Below the pieces are notes generated by a model. It saw nothing but the letters and a program-made list of their open reading frames with translations. It searched no databases and was not told where the DNA came from. The translations under genes were made by a program, and so were the position numbers. From Deltaproteobacteria bacterium (GTDB lineage: Bacteria; Bdellovibrionota_B; Oligoflexia; Oligoflexales; Bog-1112), in NCBI GenBank assembly GCA_947475005.1, contig CANJLI010000001.1:130819-194818 (forward strand): a stretch of 64,000 nt of DNA. The letters run 5' to 3'. Numbering within the stretch: the first letter of the stretch is position 1; each line of letters begins with the position of its first letter. This document shows, one piece after another, positions 45,163 through 54,490 of the stretch.

Positions 45163-46374
45163 GTGCAAAATCCATTTTTTCTATTCAACAAAAAAGAACT
45201 CTGTGTAGCTCTTTTCTTTTTTGCCGTAAGTTTGGAACGATACAAATTTTTAGCATCAGGGATCAAGACGGTCCATATATTCTATTTATTAGTGGTTCTT
45301 CTATACCCTCTCTCTAAAATAAATGCGATAAAATTTAATCTACTTGAAGCTATCACTCTCATGCTCTATTTTTTTAGCCTTTGGTTTAGCTTGCTTGTCT
45401 CTACAAATATTTCTAAATCTTTTCTCTGGTCTATACATCTTTCCTTGATTTTAAGTGTTCCATTTTTATTAGGAAATTTATTCCGGCCGACACTACACGA
45501 AATAATAAAGGGAACCTGTATAGGTGCCGTCCCAGCAGCTTGTATTGGAATATTCCAAATTATCTATTACATAATTTATCCTGAAGCGATGGGTTATAAT
45601 AAATTTCCGCGAATCTATGGGTCAGCGTATGAATCTGGAAATTATGCTCATATTCTGTTTTTTGGATGTATACCACTACTCTTATGTTTTTTTAACTTGT
45701 ATAAAAAAGAAGGTAAAGGAAATAAACTAATCTTAGGTTTTTCAATCCTTAACACTACCATGCTTATTCTTAGTACAGGTCGAACAGGCTGGCTCTGTTT
45801 TTTTACATTCATATTTCTATGCGCCACTTATCAACCCTCTATAAAAAAAATAAAAACATTTCTGTCTTTTCTTACTTTTTTATTTGTTTTCCCTCTTGTA
45901 AATTCTTCTTTTAGAGAGCTTTTTCTAGATTATTTCAATCGCAACCTTTCGGATGACCCCAGAATAGAAGGTATGAAAATAGGCTGGCAAATTGCTATGA
46001 ATAATCCTTTTTTTGGCGTTGGACTTGGGGGATTTGGGGCTGCAGTAAAAAAAGACGCCCCTATATATTGGAACACAATAAGGGATACACTCATTGAGTC
46101 AAAAAAGGCAACCCTTGAATGGGAGCTAACCCCATTTAACTCATTAATAGAGCATATAGACAATTTTGGTTTCTTTGGTCTATCTTGGTTAATTCTTGGC
46201 TACATTTGCCTTTTGCGCAGTTGTCGTAATTCAGATAAAATAATTTATTTGTTTATTTTACTATCAGGAATAGCAGGAACTTTTCCAAACCAAAGTTTAT
46301 TTCGATCTTATGTTGTCTTTATACCACTTTTATACTACGGCTCTATGGTTCGAAATAGGAGTATTCCAGCATGA
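45163..46374 (+). CDS. O-antigen polymerase/ligase-like polytopic membrane protein (Wzy_C domain-like)
   Basis: 403 aa, about 10 TMs. STGRTGWLCFF region and a periplasmic loop with GVGLGGFG. Confidence 0.55.
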   Translation: MQNPFFLFNKKELCVALFFFAVSLERYKFLASGIKTVHIFYLLVVLLYPLSKINAIKFNLLEAITLMLYFFSLWFSLLVSTNISKSFLWSIHLSLILSVPFLLGNLFRPTLHEIIKGTCIGAVPAACIGIFQIIYYIIYPEAMGYNKFPRIYGSAYESGNYAHILFFGCIPLLLCFFNLYKKEGKGNKLILGFSILNTTMLILSTGRTGWLCFFTFIFLCATYQPSIKKIKTFLSFLTFLFVFPLVNSSFRELFLDYFNRNLSDDPRIEGMKIGWQIAMNNPFFGVGLGGFGAAVKKDAPIYWNTIRDTLIESKKATLEWELTPFNSLIEHIDNFGFFGLSWLILGYICLLRSCRNSDKIIYLFILLSGIAGTFPNQSLFRSYVVFIPLLYYGSMVRNRSIPA

Positions 46375-47531
46375 GTTTACAGAAAAGAAATAAAAAAAAC
46401 TCCCTGCTCATGCTTGTCTCTAGCTATCCCCCAGCCAAAGGGGGGGTTCAAATTGTTGCGCAACAATATGCTCAATTATATAAGGAACTCGGCTATTGTG
46501 TACAAATCATTACAACTGATGCACGACAAACTCAGAGGAAAAAAGAAAGAATTGGAGCATTTGGAGAAAAAATCACTTCGTTTAGAGTGGATTTAAATAT
46601 TCAATCTGTTCCATTCTCTTGGGGGTTCTTTATGGAAACCCTTAAAATAGCCTCAAAACTAGAGAAAAACTTTCACCTACTCATTCACCACCCCGCCCCC
46701 CAAGACTCTTTACTGTCCATCATTCTTTTTTTATTGTTTAGATGTAAACTCCGAATTGTTTTTCACGCTGAAATCGTGAATAAAAACAAGATATTGACTT
46801 TTTTTTCTGAACCATTTGTCAAATTATCTCTTTTCCTTGCACATCAAATCATTTTTACAACAAAAAAAATGAAAGATTTATGCCAAGATCGATATAAAGT
46901 AAATGGGAAATCCTTTGTAATTTCAATAGCTAACACATCTACCATAGAAGAGAAAATCCTCCCCAAAAAAAGAGTCCTCAACAAAGCTCTGCAACTAATT
47001 TTTATTGGCCGATTAGTCCCCTACAAGGGGCTCTCTTTCTTAATAGAATCTCTTTCTGGCATAGATGGTGTATATTTAAATATCGTCGGAGATGGGAAAA
47101 ATAAAACCGAAATAGAGGCTCTTATTCATAAATTTAACCTGTCAAAAAAAATAACCCTATACGGAAATTTATGTGACAAAGAAAAACATTATCTTTTAAA
47201 AGAAGCTGATGTTTTTATATTTCCAAGTATTACAAAGGCGGAAGCTTTCGGGATTGCTCAAATTGAAGCTATGCAGTTTGGATTGCCAGTTATTAATACC
47301 AATATTCCATCAGGAGTCCCCGAAGTTTCTAAACATGGCGTATCAGGATTGACAGTATCACCGCGCAACACGAACGAGCTAAAAGAATCTATCGTCAGGC
47401 TAAGAGATGATCCTATTCTTTATCAAAAGTTATCTAAAGGAGCTATATCTAGATCTAAAGATTTTCACTTAGATATAATCCGAGCTCAATTTAAAACAAT
47501 TACACCAGAAAAGATTGAAACATGGAACTAA
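46371..47531 (+). CDS. Glycosyltransferase family 4 (GT-B)
   Basis: 386 aa. FPSITKAEAFGIAQIEAMQFGLPVINTNIPSGVPEV motif. Confidence 0.75.
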   Translation: MSLQKRNKKNSLLMLVSSYPPAKGGVQIVAQQYAQLYKELGYCVQIITTDARQTQRKKERIGAFGEKITSFRVDLNIQSVPFSWGFFMETLKIASKLEKNFHLLIHHPAPQDSLLSIILFLLFRCKLRIVFHAEIVNKNKILTFFSEPFVKLSLFLAHQIIFTTKKMKDLCQDRYKVNGKSFVISIANTSTIEEKILPKKRVLNKALQLIFIGRLVPYKGLSFLIESLSGIDGVYLNIVGDGKNKTEIEALIHKFNLSKKITLYGNLCDKEKHYLLKEADVFIFPSITKAEAFGIAQIEAMQFGLPVINTNIPSGVPEVSKHGVSGLTVSPRNTNELKESIVRLRDDPILYQKLSKGAISRSKDFHLDIIRAQFKTITPEKIETWN

Positions 47532-48682
47532 ATGAATCAACTACGAAATTGACGAATTCACAATCATTACTAGGGATTGTCACAAAAAATTGGAAAATAT
47601 TTTCTTTATTTTCTATACTCGGTGGTATTTCAGGATTTTTTTATGTAAAATCCATACAATTTTTTCACCATAAGCTCGTATTCCAAACAATCAAATTTGA
47701 GCAAACTTTAGAAACCCCAGAAAAGATAAACTCACAGTTAAAACTGCTTTTTAATAATGAAAGCATGTGTAAAAAATTCAGCGAATCATATGTAAAAAAA
47801 TTACAAGAATCTGGTCTTGTGGATGGCATAAGGTTTATAAGTTTTATATCATCCACAGATGCTTCAAAAACTTTAACAAATTATTTATTAAACAAAAACT
47901 CATCAGAAATCGCTCAAAAAAGCCCTCTCTCTATAGAAAGTGATAATAACGGAAATTATATTTTTTCTTTCTCCTCAACCATCCTGCAAAAGGAAGAACT
48001 GATAAAAATTGCAACCATTTTTATCGAGCCGTTCAATTCAACCATCTATGAATTTAATAAATTTATAAATAAAAGATTAGCTATTATAGCTTCGAATAAA
48101 GTAAAAAACCTTCAAACTATACTTAACTCTATTCATTATGAAGACAAGAAAATAGCAGATGAAAAAGTCGAGAATCAATTCAATATTTTAAATATTTATA
48201 AAAAAATTCAGCTCCTAAATAATTTCAAGTCCTTCAATCAAAAAAACGAGAGGAAACAGCCAAATTTTCTTACTTTATTGACTGATTTTGATGACATTCA
48301 ACTTCAAATTCTTCTTGAAAAGGTAGTTCAAACATCCAATAATGATGCTTTTATTAAAAAATTCTTATCCGCATTAAATATAAGGAAATTAATCCAAGAA
48401 AGAGAGAAAAGTAATTTTAAAGAAAAAAACACACGAAGAGAGAAATTTGAATCTATGGTGTCGGATATTATTTCTCCAACTTATAAAGAAGAATATGAAT
48501 TACCCCAAATAATCACTTTAAACAGTGGTACCCCTATATTAAGTGCTGATATTGGCACATCAAACATAAAAATTTCCTATGCCTCTCTATTCGGATCTTC
48601 AATTGCTATGCTTCTTTGTTTTTTTCTTCTCATTCTTAAAAGGATTGATCTCTCTTCTTTAAGAAAAGGCATGGGGTTATAA
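47522..48682 (+). CDS. Possible polysaccharide co-polymerase / chain-length determinant (Wzz-like topology)
   Basis: 386 aa. One TM near each terminus, separated by a long hydrophilic coiled region. Sits between GT and flippase genes. No sequence motif recognised. Confidence 0.35.
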   Translation: MELNESTTKLTNSQSLLGIVTKNWKIFSLFSILGGISGFFYVKSIQFFHHKLVFQTIKFEQTLETPEKINSQLKLLFNNESMCKKFSESYVKKLQESGLVDGIRFISFISSTDASKTLTNYLLNKNSSEIAQKSPLSIESDNNGNYIFSFSSTILQKEELIKIATIFIEPFNSTIYEFNKFINKRLAIIASNKVKNLQTILNSIHYEDKKIADEKVENQFNILNIYKKIQLLNNFKSFNQKNERKQPNFLTLLTDFDDIQLQILLEKVVQTSNNDAFIKKFLSALNIRKLIQEREKSNFKEKNTRREKFESMVSDIISPTYKEEYELPQIITLNSGTPILSADIGTSNIKISYASLFGSSIAMLLCFFLLILKRIDLSSLRKGMGL

Positions 48683-48718
48683 CATTCTGTTAAATTAACT
48701 ACTGAAATACATAAAAAT

Positions 48719-50047
48719 ATGCTTTTATTAAAAATAATTTCAAATTTTGTTCAAACTACATTTAGAAATCGACCTCATAACCAACTGATGTTAACCAACA
48801 TTAGTTGGTTATCTCTTGATTACATAATTAGAATTGGAGTTGGTTTTTTTGTAAGTGTCTGGGTTACTAAATATCTTGGGGCGGAACAATATGGGAAATT
48901 TAGCTATGCCTCAGCAATCGTTACTATTTTTACAGCATTTGCTACCTGTGGTTTAGATAGTATCCTGATACGAAATCTCATAAATAACCCCATGGATGCA
49001 GATCGATTACTCGGGACTGCATATGTTTTAAAAATTTTAGCGGGATTACTTGCCTCGGTTATGGCGACACTTTCAATACTTATACTTCGCCCTACAGACA
49101 CGGCACAACATTGGCTTGTTGGAATTATGGCGATCGGGATCGTATTTCAATCCACCGATGTCATCTCATTTTGGTTTCAATCCAAAGTTCTATCTAAATT
49201 CACGGTCATTGTGAAAAACACATCTTTTCTTCTTATGAGCGGAGTTAAAATTATACTAATTTTAACTCAATCCACCCTTTTTTATTTCGCCTTGTGTGTA
49301 ACAATAGAATTTTTTATTGTCTCAATTGGATTTATTATTATCTATCATATAGATGGAAACTCCATGAAAACGTGGCATTTCAGCTTGCAAGAAAGTTTTA
49401 AACTTCTACAGGACAGCTGGCCACTGATTTTTTCTGGGATCATAATTGTCATTTATATGCGAATTGATCAAATTATGCTTGGTGAGATGATTAGCGATAA
49501 AGAAGTAGGAATATATACAACTGCTATACGAATAGCAGAAGTCTTATATTTTATACCGATGGTTACAGTCCCTACTTTTTTTCCAAGTATTATCAATGCA
49601 AAAAAAGAAGGTGATGTCTTTTTCTATAAAAAACTCCAGCAACTATACAATTTAATGGCATTTTTAGGATATGCAGTTGCCATTCCAATAACATTTCTTG
49701 GACCATATATAATTGAATTCTTATTCGGCCATGAATATAGTAGAGCTGGGCCGATGTTAGCTGTTTTTATTTGGGCTGGTATCTTTACCAATTTAGGCGT
49801 TGCACGAAGTACTTTTCTTACTGCAATGAATTTTAATAAATTTCACCTTGTTGCCATTTCATCTGGTGGTATTGTAAATATCGCACTAAATTGTGTTCTC
49901 ATCCCTCGCTATGGAGGAATGGGAGCTGTAATAGCCTCTTGTGTTGCCTATTGGCTTGCTGCTCATGGATCATGCTTTTTTTATAAACCACTTTATAAAA
50001 CTGGTGGAATGCTAACAAAAGCAATGCTATATCCAAAATTTTGGTAA
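48719..50047 (+). CDS. wzx: Polysaccharide flippase (Wzx, MOP superfamily)
   Basis: 442 aa, about 12-14 TMs. Typical size and context. Confidence 0.65.
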   Translation: MLLLKIISNFVQTTFRNRPHNQLMLTNISWLSLDYIIRIGVGFFVSVWVTKYLGAEQYGKFSYASAIVTIFTAFATCGLDSILIRNLINNPMDADRLLGTAYVLKILAGLLASVMATLSILILRPTDTAQHWLVGIMAIGIVFQSTDVISFWFQSKVLSKFTVIVKNTSFLLMSGVKIILILTQSTLFYFALCVTIEFFIVSIGFIIIYHIDGNSMKTWHFSLQESFKLLQDSWPLIFSGIIIVIYMRIDQIMLGEMISDKEVGIYTTAIRIAEVLYFIPMVTVPTFFPSIINAKKEGDVFFYKKLQQLYNLMAFLGYAVAIPITFLGPYIIEFLFGHEYSRAGPMLAVFIWAGIFTNLGVARSTFLTAMNFNKFHLVAISSGGIVNIALNCVLIPRYGGMGAVIASCVAYWLAAHGSCFFYKPLYKTGGMLTKAMLYPKFW

Positions 50048-50053
50048 TTATTC

Positions 50054-51076
50054 TCACTTTGAAATGAGCTGTCTGTATTTTTCAGCTTCCCAATCTATCA
50101 GCTCAGAAATTTGTTGCTTATCCAAGCTATGAAGTAGGACATCCTGGGGTTGGCGTATAAGCACTTCGTAATAGCATTGAAGTTGCAGCTGTTTAGCTAC
50201 GCTAAATTCTGGTTTTGAATATACACCTATTTCCTTCAAAAATACCAACTCAGGAGAGTTCCCTTTTTCTATATCTTCAATTAATAATGAAACTGAATCA
50301 TAACAGATCGGTTCTGGACCTAAAAAGACAACATGGTCAGGATATAAGCCCCAATCAGTCCGTAATCGTTTGAATAGGTGACTGAAAGCCAAATTATGGA
50401 TACCAGGAATGGGCACAGGAATATAGGATTTCCCATTTGTTATGAGTATAGGAGCAGGGTTTTCATTAATGAACGCACCGAGAAACGGTTGTAATTTCAG
50501 CATAGATAATAATTGAGTAAGAAATTTTTCAATCTCTTTAATATCAGAACCTCCGATTACAATTCCATGATTTTGAAGCAGTAAAATTTTTGTATCAGGA
50601 GCTTTGGATATTTTTTCTGCAACTGCCTTGGCTAATGCTTCCCCAGGTTTTTGATAGCTCACCATTTCCCAAGAAATGTCTGCGGTTATTTTGTTTTTTA
50701 TCTGTTGTTCACAGTCAGCTCGGACCAAATACGAAAGAGGTTCAATAGCGTGAATGTGTAAAACAATTTTATGTGGCATTAGTGCGTGAAGTATTGTTTC
50801 GATAGAGGGTCTTAGTAATGATTTCCTTTTTAACTTTGGTGTGACAGAGTAATTTCCTTTTCTTACTTCTCTCTGTAAATCAAATAGGTCCACAGCGGTA
50901 AATATATCTTTTTCTTTTGCATTCGCGAGCCATGTCCCGGAAGCTTTTATCCAAAGTATTTCATCATCTTTCCAAGAAATATTTCCTCCAGCACCTTGCA
51001 CTAGCATGGGATTTGCACCAATATGAGCACAATAGTCAACTATAGATTCTCTACTTATAGTTTTTTTCAAAGTCAA
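50054..51076 (-). CDS. Class II aldolase/adducin-fold protein
   Basis: 340 aa. GAGGNISWK motif (as in the N-terminal domain of rhamnulose-1-P aldolase/dehydrogenase fusions) and metal-His context LHIHAIEP. Confidence 0.5.
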   Translation of the reverse strand: MTLKKTISRESIVDYCAHIGANPMLVQGAGGNISWKDDEILWIKASGTWLANAKEKDIFTAVDLFDLQREVRKGNYSVTPKLKRKSLLRPSIETILHALMPHKIVLHIHAIEPLSYLVRADCEQQIKNKITADISWEMVSYQKPGEALAKAVAEKISKAPDTKILLLQNHGIVIGGSDIKEIEKFLTQLLSMLKLQPFLGAFINENPAPILITNGKSYIPVPIPGIHNLAFSHLFKRLRTDWGLYPDHVVFLGPEPICYDSVSLLIEDIEKGNSPELVFLKEIGVYSKPEFSVAKQLQLQCYYEVLIRQPQDVLLHSLDKQQISELIDWEAEKYRQLISK

Positions 51077-51831
51077 CGAGTCTCCCCCAGCCTGGAAATA
51101 AATTTACGTAATTGTCCAAACTCTTGAAAAAATCCATCGGGAATAGCGAGGCCGGTACCAACTTCAGTTCCTTGGTGTATTTTTTGTAGAGTTACGGCAT
51201 TTATTTTTTCCCGAGCTCCCTGAATGTCATTGATAGGATTATCGCCAATCATCCAAACGCAGGCCCCTTTGGGCTTCATTTTTTCTAAAGCGATTTGAAA
51301 AGGGGCTGCATGCGGCTTGTCAAATCCTGCTTCTTCACTTGTTACAATATAATCAAAGTAATGATCTAAACCAAAATAAACTACCTTTCGAAATTGAATT
51401 TTTGCAGTCAAATCTGTGACAATTGCAGTCGGTATGCCTAAAATACGAAGGTCATCTAGCAATTCTTTTACGCCTTCAAATAAGATCGCATGACTCAAAA
51501 AACTTCGCCAATACGTTTGCTCAAAGTCTAGCGCCAGAAGAACTTGCGAACCAAGTCCCATAATTTCTAACATCTTTTGTAAATATAAAAGCCGGCTATG
51601 AGAGGAGGCTGTATTTTTTAGTCTGGCTTTTACCTGACGTCTAGCTTCGTCAAATGCGAAATCAAAATCTTGAGGGCGAATGGAAAATCTGTTGACCACC
51701 TTGTTTTTTACAGCCTGTTGAGCAGCAGTATGGGCAGGATCATACGGGTACAACGTATTATCTGTATCAAATAAAATTGCATCTGGTAGACGATCAAATC
51801 GATGTGGGTTAATAATATTCATTTTAGACAA
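51073..51831 (-). CDS. HAD-superfamily hydrolase/phosphatase
   Basis: 252 aa. Motif I ILFDTDNTLY, motif III/IV ...MIGDNPINDIQGA. Confidence 0.75.
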   Translation of the reverse strand: MSKMNIINPHRFDRLPDAILFDTDNTLYPYDPAHTAAQQAVKNKVVNRFSIRPQDFDFAFDEARRQVKARLKNTASSHSRLLYLQKMLEIMGLGSQVLLALDFEQTYWRSFLSHAILFEGVKELLDDLRILGIPTAIVTDLTAKIQFRKVVYFGLDHYFDYIVTSEEAGFDKPHAAPFQIALEKMKPKGACVWMIGDNPINDIQGAREKINAVTLQKIHQGTEVGTGLAIPDGFFQEFGQLRKFISRLGETR

Positions 51832-53884
51832 GCCGTTTTGTTAAGGTCTGGTTAATCTGTGTGAGAGTAATTAATTGCATAATTCCCACAATTCCATCCT
51901 GCCATTTTGGTAAAATACCGAGAAACGGAAGAATACGTGGACAGAGAATTTTGGCGGCTATAGCAATATCTTCTGCAGAAGTATCGCCTTCTATGGTCAG
52001 AATTACCTCTGTGCTTACATGATCATGTTTATCATCAAGATCAACATGGAGACCACATACCCCAATTAGTACACGCAAGAGTAAAAATTCGTTCAAACCA
52101 TGTCGTGTGCGAGCAATCAGTTTAAATCGAAAATTTTTCATATCTGTAGGAACAGGTATGGCGATAGGGTGTAGAGGTTGTAGAGATAAAATCAAATCAG
52201 CATGCTCTGCTTGGGGACGAATAAAACGAGCTGAATCAAGTTCTCGTCTATCAAATGAAGATAAAACGTCTTCAACTGTTTTCCCTCTTTGATGTACATC
52301 GCGTTGTATCTTGAAAAGACGGCGTAAATTTTCATCGATATCTAAATAAATGCTTAAATGATAAGAATTTCGAAGGATTGGCAGATAAAGAGCATGCAAG
52401 CCGCTTGATATAATGAAATCATTACTTTTTATGATGAACGGTTTACTCATTTTTCCAGTTGCGTGATCGTAATGTCGAGATTGAATATTTTTTCTATCGA
52501 CCAGAGAAAGCAAATCAATGGCAAATCCCTCCAGATCATTTGCCATTGGATTTAAATGGGTCATCACTTGCCACATTGGCTTTTGCCGGTCCCATAAGTG
52601 ATAATCATCTCCGGATAAAGTAGTTACAGATTGGTTGCCAAATAAGCCTGTTAGTGCATCAGAAAAAGTATCTTTTCCTGCACCAGAGTCTCCTGCAATG
52701 CCTATTACAAATGGGTTGCGGCTTAGTCTGAAGTAATCATTTCGGCTTACCGTCTCCCGCCATATGCGCATGCCTAAAATGAGGCCGGTAGCTACCATGC
52801 CTGTATGTAGTAGGGTGGCTATATGAGTATTTAGCTCCTTAGAAAAATAGGAAAGTGAATTTATATTGAAATGACCAAAGCTTAAAATTTCAAGCAAAGG
52901 CGTTGTTAGTAGGCTGCTTACTACATAAAAACATGAAAAAATTCCTGTTAAGACAATTGAAAGTCGCCCACTCATGGCTTGATAGGTTACTAAAAAGGGG
53001 ATGGTCCATATGAACCAGCCTGGTGAAGCAGGCATCATGAGCACGATTAAAAGAAAAATTATCCCTAGAATCGCATGGAATAAGTCATAATTGAGACGGC
53101 GGATTCGCCAAACAATATACAGCATGACAAAGTAGATGAGGGGGATCACATAAAGTGCAACATTGTTACCAAGATTAAGAGTCAAATTATATATTTTTCC
53201 CATTTCTGGATTGCTAACCAACATGTGCAATCCACCCGCAGAAAAAAAGAAAGGTAGGCCAAGCGTAGCTCCGCCAATCAAAAAACCTCTTAAAAATTGA
53301 GCTAAAAATTGCTTCAAAGAATGATTGTTAAAAAGATAGATTAAAAAAAATGGTAATGCCAATACCATACTGAGTTTGGCTGAAATTGCGGCAGCACAGG
53401 CGATGCCTGCATATTTAAACCGAAATTGTTGGGTGAAATATAAAGATAGAGTTAGAAATAGAACCGGGATCAAATCATTTAATCCCAATCCATAAGTGGC
53501 AAGTATTACGATTGGAGATAACCAATACACACCGATAAGCAAAGGGTCTCTACCGGGTAAAAACTGTCGCAATCCAACCAGAAGTGCAAAATCAGCAGTC
53601 AATAAGGTGAGCTCATAGCTGTATCGAGATGAAATTCCAAAAAGTTTGGCGATAAGGGTCAGGGGCAAAAAAGAAAACCACATCGCGTAGCCGTAGGGGA
53701 ATGCAACAGCAGCGCCGCCTCTATTGATCCAAGTCGTCCATGGATCAAAAGTGATTTGAGCCGTACTTGCATGCAGGAAGGGCACATACCAGTTGTTTAC
53801 AGCATGAAAACCAGGAGTAAACATCAGAGCGAGACGAATTGCTAATCCTATCCAAAAAAGAGGATGAGAACATAGTTTTATCAT
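51824..53884 (-). CDS. Fusion protein: N-terminal polytopic membrane domain (~390 aa) plus phosphoribulokinase/uridine-kinase-family P-loop kinase domain plus C-terminal domain
   Basis: 686 aa. VIGIAGDSGAGKDTF Walker A, then SGLHALYL, LSIYLDIDENLRRLFKIQRDVHQRGKT, closely following PRK/Udk family motifs. The N-terminus has more than 10 hydrophobic segments. Confidence 0.65.
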   Translation of the reverse strand: MIKLCSHPLFWIGLAIRLALMFTPGFHAVNNWYVPFLHASTAQITFDPWTTWINRGGAAVAFPYGYAMWFSFLPLTLIAKLFGISSRYSYELTLLTADFALLVGLRQFLPGRDPLLIGVYWLSPIVILATYGLGLNDLIPVLFLTLSLYFTQQFRFKYAGIACAAAISAKLSMVLALPFFLIYLFNNHSLKQFLAQFLRGFLIGGATLGLPFFFSAGGLHMLVSNPEMGKIYNLTLNLGNNVALYVIPLIYFVMLYIVWRIRRLNYDLFHAILGIIFLLIVLMMPASPGWFIWTIPFLVTYQAMSGRLSIVLTGIFSCFYVVSSLLTTPLLEILSFGHFNINSLSYFSKELNTHIATLLHTGMVATGLILGMRIWRETVSRNDYFRLSRNPFVIGIAGDSGAGKDTFSDALTGLFGNQSVTTLSGDDYHLWDRQKPMWQVMTHLNPMANDLEGFAIDLLSLVDRKNIQSRHYDHATGKMSKPFIIKSNDFIISSGLHALYLPILRNSYHLSIYLDIDENLRRLFKIQRDVHQRGKTVEDVLSSFDRRELDSARFIRPQAEHADLILSLQPLHPIAIPVPTDMKNFRFKLIARTRHGLNEFLLLRVLIGVCGLHVDLDDKHDHVSTEVILTIEGDTSAEDIAIAAKILCPRILPFLGILPKWQDGIVGIMQLITLTQINQTLTKRLV

Positions 53885-53899
53885 AAATTCCTAGTGATG

Positions 53900-54490
53900 T
53901 TATTTTTCCCATAAATCTGGGCGCTTGGTGCATACAGCCTCGGCTTGAATACCAATATCTTTTAATAGCTGTTTCATTTTTGGAATTTCAGTCTCTGCAT
54001 TGCGCCCCTGTAATTCTGGAGAGACAAGACAAAGCTTAAATTTCGCTTCTTGGAGTTGTCTTGCGTGTTCAAAGCTGAGAGGAAAGCGAGTAAAGCAATC
54101 CACCCAAATCCAACATACTTTTCCAGCTAAGCTCAAAGCTGTTTCGACTGACTCAAATTCAGATACTCGCACAGCAGATCGACCTTCTCCAGCTTGGAAA
54201 TATTTCATAAGAAAAGGAAAGGATTGATCCAGAAAAAAATAATCTTTGATGCCATGCTGTTCCATTAAGGTAATGAGTCTGGGTTCAAGGCCTTCTTCTT
54301 TTACATTAAGGATTAATGTACCATGCTTATAAAATTGAAGCCAATTGATAAAGGACTCCCCCTGTACGAAGGGATCGTGATGAAGGATTAGTTCAGAACC
54401 ATGGCTGCGAATATCAATTTCAACCCCATAAGAATGAGATACAGACTGAAGTTCAGAAACGGTATTTATACGATGTTTGATAATGATCAT
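53900..54490 (-). CDS. Glycerophosphodiester phosphodiesterase-like (GDPD/PLC-like TIM barrel) protein
   Basis: 196 aa. IIKHRINT ... GVEIDIRSHGSELILHHDPF resembles the GDPD HR...E.D...HD pattern. Confidence 0.45.
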   Translation of the reverse strand: MIIIKHRINTVSELQSVSHSYGVEIDIRSHGSELILHHDPFVQGESFINWLQFYKHGTLILNVKEEGLEPRLITLMEQHGIKDYFFLDQSFPFLMKYFQAGEGRSAVRVSEFESVETALSLAGKVCWIWVDCFTRFPLSFEHARQLQEAKFKLCLVSPELQGRNAETEIPKMKQLLKDIGIQAEAVCTKRPDLWEK

